A DNA stretch of 64,000 nucleotides, taken from assembly GCA_965644315.1 (NCBI GenBank), contig CBFFRQ010000018.1, positions 1,240,001 through 1,304,000 of the forward strand, given 5' to 3'. The translations under genes and the position numbers were made by a program. Numbering within the stretch: position 1 is the first letter of the stretch; every line of letters begins with the position of its first letter. Below the pieces are notes generated by a model. It was given only the letters and a program-made list of their open reading frames with translations. It was not told where the DNA came from and searched no databases. Positions 9,231-19,130 of the stretch are shown here, piece after piece. The stretch is from Caecitellus pseudoparvulus. Taxonomy: Eukaryota; Protista; Bigyra: Bicosoecida.

Positions 9231-12200
9231 TCACGCGTCACTGCCAGAGAATGCATCCTCCTCGCCCTCGCCATCACTGCCGCTGTCTGCGCCGCCCCCC
9301 TCTTCGTCTTCCGCATACGTGACGGAGGTGCGCTGCCGCTTGGCGCGGGGGTGAGGCTCCTCCTCCCCCTCCTGCACCTCCACCGCCCCCACCAAGCTCT
9401 GCCGGCCGCCCTCCACCACCTCCCACAGCACGCCCCACGTCGTCAGCCGCTCCACCAACACGCCCAGCTGGGAGAAGGTGCGGCAGCCAGTCACTGCCGC
9501 GGCCCAAGACGCACGGCTCTCAGGCCAGGCAGGGTGCAAGATGCCCCGCGTGCCGCCCTCAGCCACCAGCACGCCTTCCCACGCCAGCGTGGCGGCTGAC
9601 AGGCGGGAGAGCGCCAGCGCATTCAGCGCGTTGCAGGTGCCGGGGCTGGGGCTGAGGGGTGCCAGCAGGTCACGCGGCTCTGCGCCCGGCACCGCCCCAT
9701 CCACCAAGGCGCCAGCCTCGGCTGCCGACAGCGCCAGAGCCCCGCCAGCCTCGTGTCGCACGACGGAGGCCAGGTCCTGCAGCAGGGAGGACACAGACGC
9801 CAGCACCTCTGCCGCCACGAGCTGGCCCTGGGCGGGGTCAATGTGGGCCGCCGCCGCTACACGGGCGCGCCAGATGTGCCGCCCACGAGAAGCGGCCCAC
9901 GTCCGCAGGCCCTTGCCGCTGCACAGGCGGATGTCCAGCTGCAGCAGGGCGTACTGGACGGCAGCCGCGGGGCTTGCCTCCAGGGACGCAGACGCCGCGT
10001 ACAGTGCGTGCCGCCGCGACAGCAGCACCGGCAGCGGCGGGCCCTCACCGCCCTCGCCGCCGTCAGCAGCTGGTGACCCTGCCGCGTCCTCCGCCGCCTC
10101 CACCGCCGTCGTCAACCACGCGGCGTCCTGCTCGGAAGCTGCCCAGCGCACCTGCGCCGAGGCCTGCCGCACCCCCGTGGAGGACGGCAGCACAGCCAGC
10201 GGCTTGCCCTCCTCCACGTCACTGAGGAAGCCTTCCGACAGCAGGGCGACGCTGGGCACGTACATGGACACGGCGTCCTCTGCCAGGGAGTCCCCCGTCG
10301 GCGTCCAGCGGGCGTCACAGACATACCCAGAGGCCAGGGCGTCCGCCAGGCTGCGCCACTTGGTGTTGGCGCCGCCACCCTTCTTGGCGCCCCGCCCGGC
10401 AGCCTTCTTGGAAGTTGGCTTCTTCGGCGCGGATTTAGTGGGTTTGGTCTTGGCAGGGGCGGCCTCCGCCCCCTCGCCGCCGCCCTCCTCCTCCTCCTCG
10501 TCCTCCTCTTCGCTGTCGTCGTCGTCGTCGTCGTCACCGCTGGGCGCCGCCATGGCCGCCACTGACGCCCGCACAGCCTCCAGTGCCTCCTCTTCACTGC
10601 GCCCATACGCCAGGGACAGCAAGAACAAGCGGGCTGCAGAGGCGAGGGAGCGCGCCTGCTTGGCGCCCTCCAGGTCGCTGAGCAGTGTGTTGGCATAGTG
10701 CGCGAACGCGCCGAGCTCGGGCGGCGGGACGCTGTACCCCTGCCCAGCCAAGTCCACGCTATGCAGGGCTGCGCGGAGGGCCGCCGACGAGCCGGCGTTC
10801 ACAGCCAGCGTGGGCGCCTCCAGGCCTGCCCCGTCCACATCCGCCTCCGCCAGGGCGGGTGGCTTGGAGCCGGGGCCTGCCGTGAAAGTGCGACGTGTGG
10901 AGGGCGGCATGGCAAAGGCGTCACGGGGCACTGCCTCTGCACCTCCCTGCAGCAGCGCCACAGACAGGGTTGGGTCTGCGCCCGAAAAGGCGCTGGTGGC
11001 AGCGCTCGCCTCGGCGTCCAGCACATCGTAGGTGGCGGGTGGGACGGCGTCCCCACCCGCCGTCTCCTCGCACGCCTCCACCTCCACCCCCGGGCCGAGG
11101 GCGTGCCAGAGCTGGTCTGCATCCCCCGCCGTCGCCATGGCCACGCCCCAGTCGGGCCACACCGTGCCGTCCCGCATGGCTGCCAGCAGGCGCCCGGCAG
11201 TGGAGGCGGGCACGGCTGCCTTGAGTGCACGCAGCTCCTTCGTCGCAGCCTTGTCCGCCTTGCTCGCGAGAGGCGTCTCCCAAGTGCTCAGCAGCAGAGC
11301 CAGCGCCCGGGCTGACCCTGGCTGCAGCGGGTGTGTGGCGGTGACCAGCGGTGCCAGCCCGCCGCCCCCAGCCACCTGCAAGGGCAGCGCTGCCAGCAGA
11401 GCTGCGACGCCATCCACGTCTGCACGGTCCGGCGCGCTGCCCGCCACCTGCTTCAGGGCAGGCAGCAGGCGCGCGGCGCTGCGCAGCAGCAGCAGCGTGC
11501 GGGCCACACGCACGCCACACTGTGCCGCGAGAGTGGGTGCCACGACCTCTTGCAGCAGGGTCGCTGCGAGGTGGTTGGGGCAGAAGGGCGTGTCCCGCAC
11601 CGGCCCACGCAGCAGCGGCGCTGCCAGAGGCATCTGCATGAGGGGCGGACCACGCCCCCCCAGCGCCAGGTCCGTCGTGTCCACCAGCAGGGCGCCAGAC
11701 CCGCCACTGGTGCTGGTCATGACGATCTCCTCCCCGCCGTCGTCCCCGTCGGAGGGCGCCAGCCCCGCAGCCTTGACCAGCTGCGTGGTCAAGGCAGGGT
11801 TCGCCGCCAGGGCGTCGTCCGCGCCTTCGCCAGCAGGCGCGGCAGCCGCCAGCTCGGAGCTCAGCATGGGCGTGCCGGCCGTGGCGCCACAGGTGGGCAT
11901 CCACCACACACCCCGCCCGCGCGCGTCGTGCAGCAGGGGCACGGGGCGCGTGGACACGGCGGTGACCTTGTCCCACGCCACGGACAGCAGGGCCGTGCAG
12001 GCGGCGACGCACCGCGCGGCAGCCCTCGTGTCTCGCAGCAGGGAGGCCGCCCGTCGGCGCCAGGCCGCCTCCTCCGCCTCGATGGTGGCGGACAGGACGG
12101 GGGGCGGGGGGGCGGCGGCGGTGGCCAGCACCTCCTTGGCGCCCTCCGCTGTGCACGGCAGCCAGCGCAGGGCCTCCGCCTCCGGCACGTCGGTGGGTGC

Positions 12201-15200
12201 CGTGGGGATGCTGCCCCTGCCAAACACGACGCGGGACTGCGTCAGGTGCTGGTGCTGGGTGTGGTAACGGCTGGCCATGCTGTCCCAGCTCTTGGCGGTG
12301 CGAACCTGCCTGGCCAAGTTCACCAAGTCCACCCGGCCCAAGTGAACATCAGGCACGGGCGGCACGGCCTGTGCCGCCGCCCACTCAGTCGAGCCGTCAG
12401 GCACCGCCGTGGGCGGCACCTGCAATGTGTGGTAGCGCGAGCGGCACTGGCTGCCCCAGACGTGGGCCAGGCGGCGCGCCAAGGCCAGCGTGCGCTTGGC
12501 TGCCGCGCGTGCCTTCGCCAGCGCCTCCACATCCTTGGCCAGGGCGTGCCGCACCTTGCGCAGCTTGGCGGTGTGTTGCTGCACCAGGGGCGTGTCGGTC
12601 AGGGCCTGGATGACGCGCTGCAGCGCCACTGTGCGCGTCGCGGGCGGCAGCGTGGAGAACTCGGCCGACCCCAGGTCGCGCAGGACGTCCGGCAGGGACG
12701 GCAGCTGCTGCTCCCTCTCCCGTGCCGCGTCCAGGCCAGGGGTGGCCAGTGCGCCCCCACGCGCCCCGTCGCTGGACAGCGTAGCCAGCATGCGCGCCGC
12801 CTGCAGCTCCAACGCCAGTGGCTGCACGTGCAGCATGTACTCCTGCTGGAACAGCCAGCCCAGGTCCACAGCTGCGCGGCCGATGGGCGTGCCCTCCCCG
12901 TTGAACGTGATGCAGTTGTTCCACACCAGGCGCATGTCCGCGAGGAAGCCACGCTGCTGGGTGCCGGGGTCGGCGCCCACGGGGCGAGGCGTGCCGTCTT
13001 CGTCCACACCGCCGCGGGGTGGGGCTCCCGGCGGCACAGTGGCGCTCGTGTAGTAGCCTGAAAACAGCCGCTGCTGTACAGTGGTCAAGTCCATGGGGTG
13101 CTGGATGATGTCATGGTACTCTGGCGCGTCAGGCTTGCGCACCGGGTGCAGGAACGGCTTGGCCCGGAAGTGCACCATGAGGCAGCCCAGGATGGTGGCA
13201 CAGGCAGACATGACGGGCCCCAGGGGCTCCCCTGCCGGCGTGCACACGATGCCAGGGGGATCCTGCACGCCCTGCGTCCCCTCTGCGTCCACGTGCACCT
13301 TCTTCTTCACCTTGCTGCCCGCCGTGAGCGCGGTGTGCACAGCTGCAGTCATGGCAGCCTTGGGTGCGGGGACGCCCACGCCCCACTGCCGGACATCGAA
13401 GGACAAGGCTGGGTCTGCGCCAGCGGCGCCGAGGGCGCTGCCGGGCAGCATGCCCATGACGTGTCCGTCCCTGTCCACGGCAGGGTGGCCGGCGCCCACC
13501 GTGCACTTCGCAGCTGCTGCAGCGAGGCTGGCGTCGGCACCAGCCGTCAGCTTGGCCAGGGGCACCGTGTCCCCATCCCGCACCAGCTGCACGCGCTCCT
13601 CCACCGTCGCCACGTGCTGCCGCAAGAAGCCGCGCAGGACCTCTTGCCATGTGCCCACGTGGATGACGGGCACCCGCGCAAGCGCCTTGGCCTGCAGCTC
13701 GGGGCTCAAGTCGTCAAAGGCCGTGCCAGCGTCAGGCACCTCCTGCATGGCGGCCTCGGCAGCCTTCCCCCGCAGCTTGCCCGCCGCCGCACCGGCTGCC
13801 GCGATGGTGTCCACGCAGGCGGCCTGCAGGTACCAGTGGTACAGCATGCGCATGAAAAAGGTGGGCAGGAGGGGTGCGTCGCCTCCCCTGTACCGCACTG
13901 CGTCGGCGAAGTCCGGCAGGGACACCGCCGTGAGGCCCAGGGGCACGTGGAAGAGAGTCATGAAGTGCCAAGCCGATACGAGCTGGTCTGCAGCCGCCGC
14001 CGGCAGGCCCGGCATCCACTCAGTGGCGACAGCCCCCGGCAGGCCCGCCAGCTGCAGGGTGCCCTCCACGAGCTTGGCGTCTTCCTCACTCACGGCCGCC
14101 TGGAAGGCAGGGTCTGACGGCTCCTCTGCCAACTCTGCCAGCTGCTGGAACCACTTGAAGAGGGGCGTTTCACGGGCATCCAGCGAGTCCCCCGCGTGTG
14201 GCGTGCCGGCTGCAGAGGTGACCACCAGGCGCCCCTCGGCCTTGGCTGCCGCCCGCATGCTGGACACGCGCGCATTGCGCCCCATCTCCAGCACCTTGCG
14301 CACGCCGGCGAAGGAGGTGACAGTCGTGCGGGCGTGCACGCCCACCACCGCGTCGTGGGTATCTGCGGGCTCAGGCAGGAGCCCCGCCCCCGCCTCGGCC
14401 ACGGCGGCCTGCGCAGCGGCGCGGGGATCAGCCAGGGTCGTGGCCCGGTCCCGCACTGCCCGGGCAGCGTCCCGCGCCGCCTCGTGCGCCACGCCGGATG
14501 CCTTGTCGAAGATGGACAGCTGGTCCACGACGAAGAGGCCCGCATCGCACACGACGGGGGGGAAGCTGGGCACTGAGATGACGGCGTGCGCGAAGCGGCC
14601 GCCCTTGCCGCCCAGCCCTGCCTCGGTGGGCTGCACCCATGCCCCGGCAAAAGCCGGCACGGGGGGGGGCGCCTTCACCGCCGCGTGGGTGATGTCGTCA
14701 TCGTCGTCGTCGTCGCTGCCCTCGGCGCCGCTGTCGTCACCAGCGGGCGCCGACTTGGGCGTCTCGCCAACGGGCGTGGCGGGGGGCGCGACGGGGCCGG
14801 CGCTGCCAGCCTGCTCGGTAGAGCTGCCTGCAGGCACAGGGGCCCCCGCCTGGGGCGCGGGCGGCCCGCTGGTCAGCTCCACATCCCCCGCTTCCCCAGC
14901 GTCGCCCTCTGTGTCAGGCGAGGGCAGGGGCGGCGGGGCGCCCTGCAGCATCCATGTCTGCGCCTTGGCCAGGGCGATGGCCCGGCGTGACGTCCACCGA
15001 GCCACCGTCTTGAAGAAATCCGTGGAGCTCACGCGCATGCGGGCTGCCAGCTGCGCGTACGCCGCGTGCACGATGGCCACGCAGGTGGTGAACAGCAACA
15101 GCCCCCGGCGGGCGCTGGGCTCGTACGGCGCGGCGGGCAGGCTGTCACAGGACAGCGTGGCCAGGGCGTACCAGGCCTTGTCTGTGACGGCCCACAGCAC

Positions 15201-18200
15201 CGGGCACATGGGCGTGAACTCGATGTGCAGGGCTCGCACGTTTGGAATGGCCACGGGCGTGCGCGGCCCAGACAGCACGGCGTGGTGCTCAGCCAGCACC
15301 GCCGCCGCAGCCACGTCTGGCTCACGCCAGGCGTTCCACTGCGTTCGCAGGGCACGCTCAGGCAGCAGGGCACTCCATGGCTCCGGGTTCAGCCACCCCA
15401 GGCGTTGGGCAGTGGGGGGGGGCGACGCTTGCCCCACCAGCACCTGCCGCACGGCCTCCACACGCTCCTTGGGTGTGGGGGGTGGCGGCGGCGGCACGGG
15501 GGCCACCTCCTTGGCTTGCTCGACCTGGGCAGGCGCCACCACAGCCTGCTGCGCTGGCTTGGACAGCAGCTCCATCAGCTGGCTGGCAGGCATGCCAAGG
15601 GAAGTCGCGACAGCCACCCAAATGCCCGGCAACACCCCGCCATTGGAGGCAGCTGCGGCCTGCAGGTGCGCAGCCAAGTGCCCCTGCATCTGCAGAGCCC
15701 GGAACTGCTGCTGGTGCATCTGTGCCATCAGCAGCTGCACAGCTGCCAAGTGCGGTATGCCGGCGCGCGCGGCGCCGGCCTGTGCCGCTGCCGCCAGGTG
15801 GGGGTTCTGTGCCGCAGCTGCAGTGGCTGCTGCGGGGGAGATGCTGTTGGCCACCTGCTGCAGCGCCATGCGCTGCTGCGCGACGGAGGGCGTGTCGGGG
15901 GCGACTGCTGGGGCGGGCGCGGGGGCCGCGGCACTCGCGAGGCCCGCCCAACGCTCAATGTCGCCCTTGTGGGGGGCTAAGTCCACACTGGGGTGTGACG
16001 CCTGCACCGCCTGCATCAAGGCGGGCAGCGCGAGCGCCTTGCCTGCTGCCTTGGCAGCCTGGGAAATGGCAATGACTGCCTGGCGCAGGCGAGCGGCGTC
16101 GCCGCCCTGCTCAGCCTGTGTGTCAGATGCCGAGGGCGTTTTGAGGAAGCCCGTCAGCTTCGTCTGCGTCGTGGCCGTGGCGGCAGGGCCGCTGGCTGGC
16201 GCGGCAGCGGGCTTGGGCTGCGCCTCTGGGCGCTGGTCCATGAACACGTAGTCGGGGCAGTCCAAGGCCCCCGGCAGTGCCTCCAGGAAGCAGGCCAGGC
16301 GGCTGTTGGAGAGGCCGAAGTACTCCGCGCCATTAATGGTGGAGCCGTGGCGAGCGTTGGGGTCCACGGCGCTCTGCGCTTCCCGCACGCGCTTGCCCAC
16401 TTCCTTCCAGGCCAGGCCGGCAGTGGCTTCCGAGATCTCCGTGCCTGGGTCGTCGCCGGGGGTGATGGTGAAGAGCGGGCCGTCCTCCCCGCCGTCCTTG
16501 ATCTCACACGTGTACTGTGTGCGCTTTGCGGGGTCCTTGTACGACGTGAACGTGCGCTGCAGGCGCCAGCCCACTGGGAACAGGTACTTAGAGTTGTGGA
16601 ACATGTGCACACGGTCAGGGTGCGTCACCATGCTGCCGACGGCTTGCAGCACCACGTGGGAGCCGATGCTCAGTGGCAGGGACTTGCCGGCGACCGCCTG
16701 CTTGGCCCGGGCGTGGCACTCCTCCCGCACGGGCGCGCCTGGGAAGGCCTCCACCCTCACCTTCACGCTGGCCGAGGCCCTGGACCGCTTGGGACCAGGG
16801 GCGGGCACCTCTGCCGCCTCCTCTCGAGGGCGCTTCACACCACCCTCCTTGTCTGCCCCCTCCTGTCTGCCTCCAGCGTCAACCTCAGCCGCACTGGCTG
16901 CAGGTGCTGCAGTCTGCACGGCTGGCGCCGCTGCGCTGGCTTGTGGGAAGGTCTGCAAGGTCGCTGGAAAGCCTACGTTGCGCATGGGCAGCACTACGCG
17001 CGCCGTGTGGGCGTCCGCGAGCCCCGCGAAGCGCTCCCCAGCAGGCACCAGCGTGCCATGCAGGGTGAAGTTGGGCGGCGTGTCGCCGGCGTCGCCTCCT
17101 TCGTCCACCCCGGGGGTCGTGCCGCCCACAGGCTGCGCCAGCTGCTCCATGACACCCCACAGAGATACCGTCTGCCCCGTGGAGGCATCCAGGAACGCCC
17201 AATTGTCCAGGCGCCGCATGGGCAGACCGCGACGGCGGGCGGGCACCGGCACCTGTGTCCCGCCTGCGCTGGAGCCCTCCGTCGCAGGGGTGGCCTGCCA
17301 CGGCACGTCCGGCGACTCTGCCACCACACCATCGATTTGCGCCTCGCTGAGGGGAGGAGTGCCCTCTCCGCTCTTGCCGATGCAAGCCATTGTGCTGGGC
17401 TCCGCATCTGCCTCCCCTGGCTGCCACCCGCGAATGCCGGCCAGCAGCGCAGCCACCTCTGCCGGGCAGTCATCCTGCCCCTCTGTACCGGGGGCCAAGA
17501 CATGCAGGGGCTGCAGGGCCATGGCAGCAGGCACCAAGCCGCTGCCCAGGGACAGCACTTGGCTGGAGTCGACACGCGGGTTTCCGTTTCGAGCTACGAC
17601 AGACCCGGCGATGGCCGCCAGGTCTGGCGCCGTGTTCGTCCCGAGGGCCTTCCGAAGCAGGCTAATTGTGGTGGCAGCGACGCTGGGCCTGCCGCGCTTT
17701 GACGCTCGAGCCCGCTTGCCGCGCCCGCCAGCATCCTTGCCCTTGCCCTTGCTGGAAGCCGGGCGCTTGGTGGCATAGCCTCTGCGACGTGAGGGACACG
17801 GGGTGGCACGCTGCTGCCCTCACAGCGACGTGTGCACGACACACTTTTCGACCGTCTCGCCCCTCAAATGGCGCTGGATGCGCCCCAGGACTTGCTTCTT
17901 GTTGCCGGCGATTTTGAGCTGCCGGTCTCGGAGCAAATCCGTCAGCTGCTGCAGCGTCCAGGTCTGGTACACTGACATGCGTTGGGAAGCCTGTGTTGCG
18001 CAGGGCAGGTTGTGGTGTCTGTGCTGGGCGCCTGCATGCCGCGCAGTGCACACCATCAAGTCCGTCAGCAGGGCAGAGCACTCAAATGCAGGCACGAGCG
18101 CCAGGCTGCCATGTCTGCGCGGGCGATGCCCACTCACCTCTGAGGCAGAACAGTCTTTGCCGTTCTCAGGCAAGGTTGACAGGTCCACTGCCACGGGAGG

Positions 18201-18215
18201 CGTCGGCGTCGCCAT
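9231..18215 (-). CDS. ~2,920-aa multidomain chromatin scaffold (SAP, AT-hook-like, RFTS-like, FYRN/FYRC, DDT, bromodomain, WHIM; BAZ/ACF1/MBD9-like); predicted exons 18215-18138, 17990-17845, 17781-9231
   Basis: The 2775-aa ORF contains FYRN/FYRC (FHNSKYLFPVGW..YTCEIKDGG..W..NGAEYFGL, ~16240-16690), DDT (WHFMTLFHVPLGL..SLPDF, ~13830-14030), bromodomain (PFLHPV..PEYHDIIQHPMDL..DMRLVWNNCITFN, ~12830-13215), WHIM1 (~12580-12690), WHIM2-like RPVPLLHDARGRGVW (~11900-11960) and C-terminal W...V....TFSQL. The upstream SAP ORF is in the same frame, and its stop lies inside a 63-nt GT-AG intron (17844-17782). The first exon and the 147-nt first intron are less certain. Confidence 0.8.
17782..17844 (-). 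other. predicted 63-nt intron linking the SAP exon to the chromatin-scaffold ORF
   Basis: GTGTGT donor, CTCAC branch-like sequence and GTCGCAG acceptor, matching the local CGCAG consensus. Its length is a multiple of 3 and it contains the only stop (TGA 17822-17820) separating the two same-frame ORFs. Confidence 0.7.
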
Positions 18216-19130
18216 CTTCTACAGTGTGCAATGGCAGGGAAAGCGGCAGTGCCGATTCACTGTGAACTCGTCAGCGTACAGCGCTGGCACCCCGTGTCAA
18301 TGCTGCAGGCACCGGAAGCAGGCCGTGTACAGTGTGGAAGGGGCTGTGGCAGAGGCCTGGGCGAGGGATCTGCTGCTACCAGCTCCAGGCTTCTGTGGGG
18401 AGGCCTGTCAATGAACAGGAAGGTGCAGTGTGCGGAAGTTGGTCAGGGGTTGAGCACGCTGCTGCCGAGCCTGGCTGCCAAGACAATCTGGGCGCACAAG
18501 GGGGGGGGCTGGGCAGTGCAACGACAGCGTTGTGTAAAATTGGCGCAACCCGAGGATCTGCCGCGCCCCCCTATCGGGTGCCGTCCCCGTCCCTCCCGAC
18601 GCACAGTCACCGACTTGCAGGGAGATGCAGGTTGCCGGCTTCGAAGCCCTTGCCGGCTCAACAGAGCCACGCATTGACAAGGAGCAGGATCAACGAGCCC
18701 CGTGCCATGCAGTGGACGCTGTGAAGGGGGCTTTGTGTACCCTCCTGGCATCGGGGGCAATGTCTTGCCACTGCCAGGGTTGCATGCAAGGCAGTGTATC
18801 GAGTGCTCTCAATTTCCGCAGGAGCATTGGCAGCGATCTCAGGGCGGTGCAGGCGCGGCAAACTCCGGCCTGAGTCAAAATGCGCTCGATTGAGGCATCA
18901 CTGGCGAAACATTCTACGTGCTTCTGGTCGTCCAGCCACTTTGTCCAGTTTCCCTTGCGTGCCACACTCGCAAGGTGCAAGCTTGCGCCGCTTTGAATTC
19001 CACCGCGGATACACGGGCACGACTGCAGCTGCACAGCAACGCATCTGCCCCGAATTGGCGCGCGCATGCTCCCCGAGCTAACTGGAATCTCGTGCAGGGC
19101 GTCACAGTAGACTGCCGCGGGCAGCGAAGC
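18216..19130. promoter_or_regulatory. divergent intergenic region, presumably with promoters of both the chromatin scaffold and the giant surface protein
   Basis: Lies between two head-to-head ATGs (18215 on -, 19131 on +) and is the longest non-coding gap in the window. No specific motif was identified. Confidence 0.4.

Noticed and set aside
10480-10540. (TCC)n/(TCG)n microsatellite-like tract, also near 14695-14715
   Set aside because: It simply encodes poly-Asp/Glu acidic tracts of the chromatin protein.
13081-16251. 1056-aa + strand ORF, and similar 400-570-aa ORFs at 9478-13061 and 16306-17778
   Set aside because: These are antisense shadows of a GC3-rich gene. They are S/A/T-rich with no motifs, and the opposite strand carries clear domains.
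17845-17990. SAP domain as a detached Ku70 C-terminus next to the Ku gene
   Set aside because: It is on the opposite strand and 8.6 kb away. The Ku gene is Ku80-type and complete, and the SAP exon splices in frame into the chromatin scaffold.
18690-19067. 125-aa minus ORF and other short ORFs in the divergent intergenic region
   Set aside because: There is no motif, codon bias or convincing splice pattern, so they are treated as non-coding; a small gene cannot be fully excluded.
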